A stretch of 61,419 bases of DNA from a virus (Duplodnaviria > Caudoviricetes): IMG/VR virus record IMGVR_UViG_3300017553_000001, positions 1 through 61,419 of that record. The stretch is one strand, 5' to 3'. The position numbers were made by a program, and so were the translations under genes. Shown here in pieces: positions 20,309 to 29,012 of the stretch (position 1 is its first letter; every line of letters begins with the position of its first letter). The notes below the pieces were generated by a model. That model was not told where the DNA came from, did no database searches, and worked only from the letters and a program-made list of their open reading frames with translations.

Positions 20309-21783
20309 AGAACCACCTGCCCTTCGTTGATGCGTTGCTCGAATCCGTGTTCCAGTTCCTGCCCTAGCTCTGTGAGTGCCCCGCTCAATGCGTCGACCTG
20401 GTCATCGTGTGCAGCCGTCGGGAAGTCGAAGATCTCGCGCTCGAAGTCGCGTAGCCACGGCACCGACTCATGCGGGTACGGCAGCTTCACCATCCCGTAT
20501 TTGCACCATGAGGCGACGCCGCGAGCGCGCATCGGCTTCGCGCCCTTCGGGGACTTGCGATAGAGGATGCGTTGCAGCCAGTCGGGAGCCTGTGCATCGA
20601 GCGTCTGGTATGCCTGCCGACCGGAGCTGGCGTACTCGATGTCCACCACCTGCAGCTTGCCGTCATGGTTGTGCTTGATTGCTGTCTCGACGATCAGGTT
20701 GAGCAGATCGGGATACAGCACGCGCTTGCGGATGACGTCCACGACACGAACCGTGTAGTCCGGCATCAGGTCCAGCACAACGCCGGCTGTGTAGTCGGCG
20801 CTATCGCTGTCTTCCTCGGCGGTGTCCCAGAAGATGACTCTGCCGACCGGTTCCCAGCGTTCGGTCGGGTCGTAGCGGTTCTTGCCCTTCCACCACTCGG
20901 CCAGATAGACCGCGCCGCCGGCCGGTTGCGGCATGCCCTGATACAGCGCCATGAAACCGCGCGGGTTATCGATTTCGGTGCGCCGCAGCCGTTCGACAGG
21001 AAACCGCTCCGGCCAGAGCGCCTCGCCCGGTTCACGGCCGGCCGGGTCGTTGTCCAGCGCGATCGCGGGAAGGTGCAGCACCTTCCAGTTGGGTGCGTCT
21101 TCGGAGTCGAGGATCCTGCCAGCCAGATCATCGAGATGCCAGCGTGTCTGGATGAGGACGAGCTTCGCATTTGGCCCGCGCCGCGTGAGCAGGTCGTCGT
21201 TGTACCAGTCCCAGGTTTTCTCGCGCATAACGGACGAGTCGGCGTCTTCGCGGTTGCGGATCGGATCGTCGATGACAATCCAGTCGCCACCCTTGCCGGC
21301 GATACCCGACTGGACGCCAGCAGCTCGAACAATGACGCCGTCGGTCGTGCGGAACTCCCCAGCGGCGCGCTGGTCCGGCGCGAGCACGCCTTCGCGCCAG
21401 CAGATGTTACGAATCGCGCGTGTGAACTTCGTCGCGAGTGACAGGTTGTAGGCAGCGATGAGGATCTCGCGATAACGATCGCTTTCCATGATCGCCTTGT
21501 AGGCGCTGGCGCGGATCGTGACCGTCTCGCTCTTGGAGTGCCGAGGCGGCATGAAGATCATCAGCTGGTCATAGTCGTCGTTGTCGAGCCCTCGGAGAGC
21601 CTCGAAGATGGCGCGATGCTGTGCGGCGTTCCAGACGTAGGTCGGCCAATGGCTCTTGACCCACGCCTCGAATCCCTGCTTGTCAGGTGCGTCGTCCTTG
21701 TCCGGCGCGATCCCGTCAAGGAGTCGACTGACCGACAATTCGGCTAAGGTCGGCTTCGATTGCCGCAAGAATCCCACGGTCAC
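20305..21783 (-). CDS. terL: Terminase large subunit
   Basis: MPPRHSKS Walker A, IVIDDP Walker B, QTRWHxDDL, ALYQG, FPTAAHDDQVDA nuclease motif. Confidence 0.95.
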   Translation of the reverse strand: MTVGFLRQSKPTLAELSVSRLLDGIAPDKDDAPDKQGFEAWVKSHWPTYVWNAAQHRAIFEALRGLDNDDYDQLMIFMPPRHSKSETVTIRASAYKAIMESDRYREILIAAYNLSLATKFTRAIRNICWREGVLAPDQRAAGEFRTTDGVIVRAAGVQSGIAGKGGDWIVIDDPIRNREDADSSVMREKTWDWYNDDLLTRRGPNAKLVLIQTRWHLDDLAGRILDSEDAPNWKVLHLPAIALDNDPAGREPGEALWPERFPVERLRRTEIDNPRGFMALYQGMPQPAGGAVYLAEWWKGKNRYDPTERWEPVGRVIFWDTAEEDSDSADYTAGVVLDLMPDYTVRVVDVIRKRVLYPDLLNLIVETAIKHNHDGKLQVVDIEYASSGRQAYQTLDAQAPDWLQRILYRKSPKGAKPMRARGVASWCKYGMVKLPYPHESVPWLRDFEREIFDFPTAAHDDQVDALSGALTELGQELEHGFEQRINEGQVVL

Positions 21784-22366
21784 GGACGTTTCGCCTGACT
21801 GCTTCCTGTACCGCTGCTACCAGCGTCATTGCCTGCTCGATCGTCAGGACCTGCTGCATCTTTTCGAGCCGCTTCAGTTCCGACTCCACGAGCTTCCGCC
21901 GCCGCTCGATCAGCCCCATCACTTCGGCCCACGCAGCCGCATCCGTAACACCGCGCCCGATGAGCGACTCCAGGTCGTTCAGCGCCCACTCAGTGCGATC
22001 CTCGTCTCCAAGCCGCCGCGCTGACTGGAAATCCTCCCAGGCGTTAAAGAGCGCCGTCCAGAGGCTGCCCGCCTCGCCGGTGTCCACCCGCCCCAGCACG
22101 TCTTCCAGTCGCGCATCGACGAGCGCGATGTCGCCGCGCAGTGCTTCGAGTTGCGGATCCGCCAGGGACTCTGCGTAGCGCGCGCGCATGCGCTCCGGCA
22201 TGACGCTGCTGTAGCGACCGTGCTTGAACTGCGGCAGCGCCGCGCCAGTCGGTGTAGCGCCACCGTGCATCCGGCAGCGCTTTTTCCCCAGCATCGGTGG
22301 GTTCTTGCAGGTGCCCCCGCTTTTCGTCTTGGCACCGCAAATTGCATGGGGGTTCCCATCGTGCAT
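21716..22366 (-). CDS. Terminase small subunit-like (HGGxxxG domain)
   Basis: CGAKTKSGGTC...RCRMHGG...KHGRYS; directly upstream of terL; start codon uncertain. Confidence 0.75.
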   Translation of the reverse strand: MHDGNPHAICGAKTKSGGTCKNPPMLGKKRCRMHGGATPTGAALPQFKHGRYSSVMPERMRARYAESLADPQLEALRGDIALVDARLEDVLGRVDTGEAGSLWTALFNAWEDFQSARRLGDEDRTEWALNDLESLIGRGVTDAAAWAEVMGLIERRRKLVESELKRLEKMQQVLTIEQAMTLVAAVQEAVRRNVRDRGILAAIEADLSRIVGQSTP

Positions 22367-22464
22367 GAGGGTGTTGCTCACAGCACCGTCCGTCGTGCCC
22401 AGCGCGCAGAGTAACAACGATAGCTACCGCTTTCATAAGTATTCTATGCTACAGGCTACTTCAT

Positions 22465-22805
22465 GAGAGAACATCGGACAGAACATGTGGCAGAACAGGC
22501 CGTCGGCGACACGGTTGCGGCCGGGGTGCGATTTGTCCAACGTGGCGGTGATCGACGGAACGCACGACAGAACAGCCCTGACCTGTCTGGCCCGGGCTGT
22601 TCTGCGACTCCTGCGGACTGTGGGAGACACTTTCCGCGTCTGGTTAGGAAATACCGCCGTGACAGGTACCGCTGGTCCTTACTAGTCTCCAGACAGCCCT
22701 AACACAAACCTAACAATCCTGAATGGGCATGGGTCTGTTTTTGGCTGTCTGGAAAGGCTTTCCTGAAGATGTTAACAATCCAACAGAACAACCGACAGAA
22801 CAGGC
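22465..22805. other. Putative attP region with integrase arm-type repeats
   Basis: (C/G)AGAACA at 22467, 22479, 22491, 22568, inverted at 22598, then 22784, 22796 (12-bp spacing at both flanks); non-coding and next to the int 3' end; core site not identified. Confidence 0.65.
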
Positions 22806-22807
22806 TG

Positions 22808-24079
22808 TCAGTTGACAGCGGCGTCGATCGCCGTTCCGTCGTCGTCTTCGTAGCGCTGCTTGCCGATGACCGGGGGGTTGTTGAGCCGATCGGCAGCATC
22901 CCGATCTTCGGCGCGACCGGGATTCACGTATTCGTTCATGGTGAACTCGACCCGCTTATGTCCGAGGCGTTTCGAGATCGTTGCCGGCGAGACGCCGTTA
23001 CGTGCCATCCACGTTGCGCCGGTGTGGCGTAGCCCATGCGGCGAGAGCGGTCGGACCTTCGCCTTGTCGCACAGGGCGTGCAGGCGGCCCCGCATGGTTC
23101 CCGGACTGGAGCGCATCTTCCACTGCCGGCCCGGAAATACCCACTGGTGCGGATTCCAGTCGTCACCCAGTCCCGACCGGAGCCGTTCTTCGTCCTGCTT
23201 ACGCTTGATGCGCCGCAAGTCGAGTACGCAGACGTCCGGTAGCTCGATCCATCGTTCGCCAGCGACAGACTTGGCGCTTTCGCCCAGAACGATGTTCCCT
23301 ACAGCGTCGCGTGTGCGAGTGCGTTCGACTTTCACCCTGCCCGCGCGCAGATCGACGACCGGCCACTTGAGGGCATCGACCTCGCCGATTCGCATCTGCC
23401 CCAGTAGCATCAGCCGCCAGTAGGCAGCGTCGGGATCACCGTGCAGCACTTCGAGGAACCGCACGATCTCTTCATCGTCCCACGGCTCGACCTTCTTCTT
23501 GACGACGCGGTACGGACGCACCAACGCCGCAGGATTCAAGGCGATCCGGCGTTCTTCCTGCGCCTTTGAGAGTGCGGTGACGAGCACCGTGCGAACGTAG
23601 TTTGCGGACTTGTGCGTCAGTGCCAGTTTCGTGTCGTCACGAGCTGACGGGGCTTCGGCGATCTGGCCAAACCAGTCCGACACGATGTCAACCGTGAGCG
23701 ACCGGAGCTTGATCTTGCCGATGTACGGCTTGATCCACGATTCGATTGCCCACGTGTAGTTATAGACCGATGAGCCGGAGAGATCGCGACGAACCTGGAG
23801 CCAGTAGTCGAGGAACTCTTCCAGCATTATGTCTTCATCCGCGCGGCGCGTATGCATGCCGTCGAGGATGCGAGTCTGATGCCTGACGCGGGCCTCATGG
23901 GCCTCTTTGTCAGTTGCGTAACCACCGCGAGCGACCTGCTCGCGCTTTCCAGTGAGCGGATCCTTCGGTCCGCGCAGTCGATATTGCCAACTGTCCGGCC
24001 CAGACGGGTAGACGCCAGGATAGGGCGACTTGCGCGAGCGCCACTCGCTCGATGGTGCCCTCTTGTTCTCCCTGGCCAC
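22808..24079 (-). CDS. int: Tyrosine integrase
   Basis: MRIGE..ALKW, HGLRHT, LGH...Y catalytic set; N-terminal arm-binding region; GGAGG RBS before GTG 24079. Confidence 0.95.
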   Translation of the reverse strand: MARENKRAPSSEWRSRKSPYPGVYPSGPDSWQYRLRGPKDPLTGKREQVARGGYATDKEAHEARVRHQTRILDGMHTRRADEDIMLEEFLDYWLQVRRDLSGSSVYNYTWAIESWIKPYIGKIKLRSLTVDIVSDWFGQIAEAPSARDDTKLALTHKSANYVRTVLVTALSKAQEERRIALNPAALVRPYRVVKKKVEPWDDEEIVRFLEVLHGDPDAAYWRLMLLGQMRIGEVDALKWPVVDLRAGRVKVERTRTRDAVGNIVLGESAKSVAGERWIELPDVCVLDLRRIKRKQDEERLRSGLGDDWNPHQWVFPGRQWKMRSSPGTMRGRLHALCDKAKVRPLSPHGLRHTGATWMARNGVSPATISKRLGHKRVEFTMNEYVNPGRAEDRDAADRLNNPPVIGKQRYEDDDGTAIDAAVN

Positions 24080-24136
24080 CGTAGACCTCCTCTCGCCGCC
24101 GTGGCGGCTCGATCGAGTCACCACCCGCCCCAGTAC

Positions 24137-24805
24137 CTATGCCCCGGCCGTAGCCGGATTGCGCGCAGGCACCGGCGGCAGGTTGTATACATAGAGTCCG
24201 ATCACCTGCACATCTGCTTCTGCAACTCGCGCAATAGCAACCTCCTCACCGAGTTCGTTTGGCGCTGACAGAACGACTCCGCCGTCGTTTTCCCAGCTCC
24301 AGCGGTACATGCGTGCGACATCGTCATCATTGACGGTCGCCACGACGAGCCGGCCATCCTCCGGCTTGCGATCGATCGGCTGTTCCAGGATCACCAGATG
24401 GTCGCGTACGATCCCGAGCGCCCTCCACGTGTCATCAACCACCCTGACTGCGAACGGCTGGCGGGAATCCCCGATCATTTCCGGAAGCACACGCAGCACG
24501 TCTAAGCTCCCCTTGCTGTCTACATTGCCTGGAATTTCGCCCCTGACCTGAATCTCGATTGCGTCTGTTGCGATAACCACCTCGATCTTTTCCACCCAGC
24601 CGGATGCCACGCGAAGTTCGTCGACGGGCACATCCAATGCCGTCGCCAACGCTTGAAGTGTCTCTAGTTCCGGGCGCTGCGTCTTTCCCATCTCGATCTG
24701 TGAGATGTGCGTCTGCGAGATGCCTGAGCGCTCCGCCAGTGCATCCTGCGTCAACTTCAACTCCCTCCGACGCTCGCGCACGAGACTACCCAGACGTAAT
24801 TCCAT
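24137..24805 (-). CDS. CI-like repressor (XRE HTH plus degenerate S24 domain)
   Basis: LTQDALAERSGISQTHISQIEMG HTH; LexA-like C-domain; divergent from a small Cro-like gene. Confidence 0.88.
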   Translation of the reverse strand: MELRLGSLVRERRRELKLTQDALAERSGISQTHISQIEMGKTQRPELETLQALATALDVPVDELRVASGWVEKIEVVIATDAIEIQVRGEIPGNVDSKGSLDVLRVLPEMIGDSRQPFAVRVVDDTWRALGIVRDHLVILEQPIDRKPEDGRLVVATVNDDDVARMYRWSWENDGGVVLSAPNELGEEVAIARVAEADVQVIGLYVYNLPPVPARNPATAGA

Positions 24806-24837
24806 GGTGTCTCCTGTCCTCGACCTATAAACCTGTA

Positions 24838-24961
24838 GACCCATAACGGCGATATCGCCTCGAACGATACCCATAATAACAGTAACTATCCGATATGCTA
24901 TTGCATTCTCGTAAGACCTCTTATATAGTTACCGCATTGATAGGTACCGCTGAAAACCGTA
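24838..24961 (+). promoter_or_regulatory. Lysis-lysogeny switch: rightward promoter plus operator array
   Basis: TTGCAT(24901)-17bp-TATAGT(24924); operators at 24930-24946 and 24945-24961; degenerate 15-bp-period copies at 24838-24884. Confidence 0.7.
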
Positions 24962-24971
24962 AGGACGGACG

Positions 24972-25187
24972 ATGACAGACGAGACGCAAGAGATCGGCAT
25001 TGGCCGACTGGTTGGGAAGCGGATCATGGTCAGTGCGCTCCTCGATAAGGATCAGGCGCGCGACATTGAAAAGCTGATGGAGCGGCGGCGCACTGGCCTT
25101 TCGCAGCTGATGCGCGAGGCAACCGATCTGCTCCTCTTTCGGGCCGCGCGGCTGGAGGAGCAGTCTAATAGCGAGCCTGACCGATGA
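24972..25187 (+). CDS. Small Cro-position DNA-binding protein (RHH-like)
   Basis: 71 aa; beta strand then GLSQLMREA helix; first gene of the rightward operon. Confidence 0.55.
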   Translation: MTDETQEIGIGRLVGKRIMVSALLDKDQARDIEKLMERRRTGLSQLMREATDLLLFRAARLEEQSNSEPDR

Positions 25188-25492
25188 GCAGCGCAGTCGA
25201 GTTGCACCTGTCCGATGCTGTGTTGCGCTTGTCGGATGAGGATGTTGAGCGCATTGCCGTTGCGGTGAGTCGCTATCTGCCGAACGTAATGCCCGACTGG
25301 TTGCTCAAGCAACCGGCCACGCCAGCCGAGGTTGCCGACTGGTTGCGCGTCAGCGAGAAGACGCTGTTGCGCTGGCGGAAGAACGGCACCCTTCCCGCCT
25401 TCGAGGAAGGCAACGTCGTGCGATACACACCGCTCCACCTGGCGGCCGGACTCGCCGCCGGTATTCTGAAAGGACACCACGAATGTCAGTAG
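25184..25492 (+). CDS. Excisionase-like HTH protein
   Basis: TPAEVADWLRVSEKTLLRWRKNGTLPA...VRY. Confidence 0.75.
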   Translation: MSSAVELHLSDAVLRLSDEDVERIAVAVSRYLPNVMPDWLLKQPATPAEVADWLRVSEKTLLRWRKNGTLPAFEEGNVVRYTPLHLAAGLAAGILKGHHECQ

Positions 25493-26031
25493 CTACGACG
25501 CCGCAGACCGCCGCGGACATGCTGCTTGCAGATACGTCTGCCGACGGATTCCCGATTCGCAGCCTGATTTCCCGCGCACTCGATGAGACGGTGTCTCTGC
25601 GAGAAACGGCTGAACGGGAGCGACGAGAGGAACTGGAGCGCTTCTCAGCCGCCGCCGCGATTCTGTTGCGGAACTTTTTCTCCCGCAGGTTGCAGCTCGA
25701 CATCGCGCTCGACCTGATCGACACATCTCACACCGTCACGCAGGACCAGCAACCATCGGATGCGATATATACGGCGGGCTACGTGAGTGGTAACGCGACA
25801 CTCTGGCAGCAGATCGCGGGTGCAGACCTCAAGCGACGGCTCTACGACATCAACAACGATACCCGCACGTCCTTCGCCGCCGTTAACGTGTCGGTTGCCT
25901 GTCCGGATTGCAACCGCGCCTTGTTCATCGGCAGTTTCGGCTCGTTGCTCAGCCTCGGTCAGATTCTCGAAAACCCTGCGCCAGTCTGTCGATCGTGTCA
26001 TCCCGTCCCTGCCCCATGTGAGGACGAGTAG
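25483..26031 (+). CDS. Hypothetical protein with CxxC pairs
   Basis: 182 aa; CPDC and CRSC; GAAAGGA RBS. Confidence 0.6.
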   Translation: MSVATTPQTAADMLLADTSADGFPIRSLISRALDETVSLRETAERERREELERFSAAAAILLRNFFSRRLQLDIALDLIDTSHTVTQDQQPSDAIYTAGYVSGNATLWQQIAGADLKRRLYDINNDTRTSFAAVNVSVACPDCNRALFIGSFGSLLSLGQILENPAPVCRSCHPVPAPCEDE

Positions 26032-26098
26032 CCCGTTTTTTGCCTTGCGATACCGCTCAAAACGGTAGCGCCTAGACAGGTCATGGAGTACACACCTG

Positions 26099-26284
26099 AT
26101 GAAGCTTATTGACGAAAAGCCCCGGCCGTACATCGAACCGTCTCGCCGGCCGGAAATGCCCCAGCCGCCGCGCGTCGCCCCACGCCTGACGCGCTTTGCC
26201 ATCGAGGTTCTCGCCGGCGCGTCCGGCGGCCTGTTCATCCTGTTTGCCGGTTATGCCGCATATCACCTGGGAGGCATCCTGTGA
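26099..26284 (+). CDS. Small membrane protein
   Basis: One hydrophobic C-terminal helix. Confidence 0.55.
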   Translation: MKLIDEKPRPYIEPSRRPEMPQPPRVAPRLTRFAIEVLAGASGGLFILFAGYAAYHLGGIL

Positions 26285-26499
26285 ATACCTGCGCTGCTCA
26301 TGGCTGCCCACATCCGGCCGAGGAAAACGACAACCTCTGCTGGAAACACGCATACGCACGCAACGGCTTTCGGGCGATCTACGCCGACGATCCCACGCCG
26401 ATCGAGATGTACACGACTGAAGCCGTCGACTTCCTGATGCGCAACCAGTTCCGACGGCCGATGCCTGTCCCGCACTACCCGCTACCGCCCGAGGTCTAA
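26281..26499 (+). CDS. Hypothetical protein (Cys/His-rich N-terminus)
   Basis: GGAGG RBS, GTGA overlap. Confidence 0.55.
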   Translation: MNTCAAHGCPHPAEENDNLCWKHAYARNGFRAIYADDPTPIEMYTTEAVDFLMRNQFRRPMPVPHYPLPPEV

Positions 26500-26526
26500 T
26501 CGCACTTCACGAACAAGGGGACACAC

Positions 26527-27015
26527 ATGGCAACGACGTTCGATCCAGCCAAGCACTTCACAAAGGTCAAAGGCCAAGACTATCTGCCGGTCAAATGGCG
26601 GCTGGTCTGGCTCCGCACCGAGCATCCACTAGCTCGTATCGAGACGGAGATCGTCCGGCTGGGCGAAGGCGCGGCGCTGATGAAGGCGACCGTCACGCTG
26701 CCGCCGCAGCCGGTGGTTGACGGCAAGACCGGCGAGATTGTGGATACAGATGAGCTGTGGGTCGCCAGCGCCACCGCCTACAAGACCTGTACGCGCACGG
26801 AATTTGAGGACTACATCGAGAAAGCGGAGACCGGCGCGATCGGACGCGCGCTCGCGAATCTGGGCTACGGCACGCAGTTCGCTGACGCTGATCTGGCCGA
26901 CCCGGACGCAGCGGCTTCGACACATCAGGAGTCGCGCCAGCACCAGCCGCAGCAGCGCCAGCAGCCCCAGCGGCAGCAACCACAACGACCGCAGCGATCG
27001 AACTACGAACCGTAG
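26527..27015 (+). CDS. Rad52/Sak-like single-strand annealing protein (putative)
   Basis: KGQDYLPVKWRL...EKAETGAIGRALANLGYG; Gln-rich tail. Confidence 0.55.
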   Translation: MATTFDPAKHFTKVKGQDYLPVKWRLVWLRTEHPLARIETEIVRLGEGAALMKATVTLPPQPVVDGKTGEIVDTDELWVASATAYKTCTRTEFEDYIEKAETGAIGRALANLGYGTQFADADLADPDAAASTHQESRQHQPQQRQQPQRQQPQRPQRSNYEP

Positions 27016-27020
27016 GATCC

Positions 27021-27066
27021 GGCGTTGCATCCGCCGGCGAGACTCAATGTCGGTGGATGCAACGCC
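27021..27066 (+). other. 18-bp RNA hairpin with two G-U pairs
   Basis: GGCGTTGCATCCGCCGGC-N10-GTCGGTGGATGCAACGCC. Confidence 0.7.
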
Positions 27067-27118
27067 CAAAGTGGTAACGCTTTGAGTGCTATACTCGCCA
27101 ACTGTGAGGCAACAAAGA

Positions 27119-27170
27119 GGGGCCGCGCGGAACGGCCGCCGGCCCTTGACACAGAGAGGAAAGGACTCTC
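27119..27170 (+). promoter_or_regulatory. Two-hairpin leader (AACGG loop plus SD-in-loop hairpin)
   Basis: GGGCCG-C-GCGG-AACGG-CCGC-CGGCCC then GAGAG-GAAAGGA-CTCTC; TGnTATACT extended -10 at 27087-27095. Confidence 0.65.
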
Positions 27171-27171
27171 C

Positions 27172-27222
27172 GTGTGCATAGATTTTACCCCACTTGACAA
27201 TTTCAAGTCGAGGCTGCAATGA
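27172..27222 (+). CDS. Putative 16-aa leader peptide coupled to the replication initiator
   Basis: GTG 6 nt after GAAAGGA; its TGA overlaps the rep ATG (ATGA 27219-27222). Confidence 0.5.
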   Translation: MCIDFTPLDNFKSRLQ

Positions 27223-28166
27223 GCATCGAACTTATGGCGAAGGTCCGTAAGCTCGACCTGGACCCTATGACGACGCACCTGCTGATCGCGATGGCCGACT
27301 TCGCGAACGACGACGGCACCAGCGTCTATCCCAGCATCGAGCGACTGGCCTACAACACCAACCTGTCAGAATCGTCTGTCCGTAGACACCTGCGCAAGCT
27401 CGCCGCTGACGGCATTATCGAGTCGATCGGCGGCGAGCGCGGCGGCCGTGGTGTCCGCCGGGAATGGCAGCTGCACCTCGATCGCGCACCCGTCAAACCA
27501 CCCTTCCGACCCACGCAAACATACCGACGTATCAGCACTTCGTCCCGTTCCGAAAACCCTGTCATTCTGACAGGGTTTAGTGACGCTGACTCCGGCGATT
27601 CGGAGGCCGATCGCGCACCGGTGAAAGGGTGTCAATCTGACAGGGTATTGAACGACGAAAGGGTGTCAACCTGCACACAAAAGGGTGTCAACCTGCACAC
27701 AAAAGGGTGTCAACCTGACAATTACTTACATATAGAACCATCAGAAGAACCGTCAGTAGAACCTACAGTAGGTTCACTGCGTTCACCTACTGCGGTTTCG
27801 GCCCCTGATCCGTTCACTCCGTATGGCGTTTTTCACGCCTATCTCGACGCTGTCGGGAAAGAGGATGAGGGCCTGCCGCCAGCGTGGCGAAAACGCCAAC
27901 TCGCCGTTGCTAAGCGCCTGATCGAACAGGGTTTCGGAGGCGACAAGGTCGCGGCCTTCATCGCGCACCGTCTGTCCGAAACATGGCGGACTGGCCCGTT
28001 CGATCTGCTGGATGTTGAGCGCGACATTCCCAAGTGGGAAGTGCTCGGGCAACCGACGTCTGCCGTTCGTGCTGATGCGAAACCCAGCGCCGACGAAAAG
28101 CGCACGGAGATGCTCGACCGGATCCTGCGCTCGGCATCGGCATTACCGGATGCGAGGAAACCATGA
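27219..28166 (+). CDS. Replication initiator (N-terminal HTH_36-type domain)
   Basis: LLIAMADFANDDG..YPSIERLA...SESSVRRHLRKL; internal iterons. Confidence 0.85.
   Translation: MSIELMAKVRKLDLDPMTTHLLIAMADFANDDGTSVYPSIERLAYNTNLSESSVRRHLRKLAADGIIESIGGERGGRGVRREWQLHLDRAPVKPPFRPTQTYRRISTSSRSENPVILTGFSDADSGDSEADRAPVKGCQSDRVLNDERVSTCTQKGVNLHTKGCQPDNYLHIEPSEEPSVEPTVGSLRSPTAVSAPDPFTPYGVFHAYLDAVGKEDEGLPPAWRKRQLAVAKRLIEQGFGGDKVAAFIAHRLSETWRTGPFDLLDVERDIPKWEVLGQPTSAVRADAKPSADEKRTEMLDRILRSASALPDARKP
27553..27735. repeat. Replication origin iterons inside the initiator gene
   Basis: AAAGGGTGTCAA at 27624, 27658, 27680, 27702 (last three at 22-bp period); TGTCA-N3-TGACA palindromes; AT-rich tract after 27720. 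Confidence 0.8.
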
Positions 28167-28681
28167 GTCTGACAAAGCAGGGCTTCGCCGCTGGTATGGC
28201 GTTGCTCGTCGATGTCTACGGTCGTGGGCTGACTGCCCAGGCGACCGACGTCTACCGCGACATGTTCGCCCACGTGGCGGACGAGATCTGGGAGGGCGCG
28301 GTTCGTGAGGCAATTCGCACTGAGGACTGGTTTCCTACCCCGTCGATCCTGATGGCGGCCGTCGTTCGACTGTCAGCTCGACTGGCAAAGATCCTCACGC
28401 CGGACGAAGCCTGGCAGCAGGTGATGGAGTCGGCTCGCGAGTATCGCGAGCGAGGATCCTACGTTGATCGCTTCGACGATGACGTCTGGAAGGCGCTCGA
28501 AACGATCGGTGGCGTGCGTGCGGTCGCATCTGTCGACCACGGCGCTGGCATCGCGCGGCTGGAGCGCTGGTTCCTCGATGCCTACCGGCCAAAATTCGAC
28601 CGCGTAGTCGATCGTACGGCGCGACTCTCGCCAGCAGCAGAACCGGTCGGCGAGCTGGTGATTGGAGTTGAGCACCGATGA
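28163..28681 (+). CDS. Helicase loader/inhibitor (G39P-like)
   Basis: Follows the initiator; WFPTPS..., TPDEAWQQV, ALETIGG. Confidence 0.7.
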   Translation: MSLTKQGFAAGMALLVDVYGRGLTAQATDVYRDMFAHVADEIWEGAVREAIRTEDWFPTPSILMAAVVRLSARLAKILTPDEAWQQVMESAREYRERGSYVDRFDDDVWKALETIGGVRAVASVDHGAGIARLERWFLDAYRPKFDRVVDRTARLSPAAEPVGELVIGVEHR

Positions 28682-28974
28682 GACACGGGATGTTCGGATC
28701 GGTCTACTACGCCATCGTTCGCGGCGGCGCGCGCGTCACCGTTGGCGATCACGTCTCGTACCAAACAGCCAGTGGCATTGAGTCCGGCCGGATCGTCGCG
28801 ATGGCACCGGACGCAGATACGCCAGGTGGCCGAATCCTGCGCATCTTCGACGGCGACACGATCGCTCAGCGGTCCGGCGGCGAATGCTGGCGCGCGATTG
28901 ACACACCTGTCAATACCTGTCATACTGGTAACGTAGAAAACGGTAACTCTCAAGACGGTAAGAGCAACCGCTAA
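28678..28974 (+). CDS. Hypothetical protein
   Basis: 98 aa, ATGA overlap. Confidence 0.5.
   Translation: MRHGMFGSVYYAIVRGGARVTVGDHVSYQTASGIESGRIVAMAPDADTPGGRILRIFDGDTIAQRSGGECWRAIDTPVNTCHTGNVENGNSQDGKSNR
28898..28960 (+). promoter_or_regulatory. Internal promoter followed by three 15-bp-period operator-like units
   Basis: TTGACA-17bp-CATACT; units at 28914, 28929, 28944 all ending GGTA. Confidence 0.6.
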
Positions 28975-29012
28975 CGCCGACCCTATGCACGGTCTGTGGA
29001 AAGGACGCAACT

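Noticed and set aside
4002-22466. Numerous long plus-strand ORFs (e.g. 14500-15915, 9266-10282, 12126-13178)
   Set aside because: Antisense shadows of real GC-rich late genes; Arg/Ser-rich with no recognisable motifs
22600-22780. attP core matching a tRNA 3' end
   Set aside because: No T-arm or CCA-like sequence recognised on either strand; core left unassigned
27624-27720. Mini CRISPR array
   Set aside because: 12-bp units with identical or very short intervening sequence inside the initiator gene; fits iterons, and no cas genes were seen
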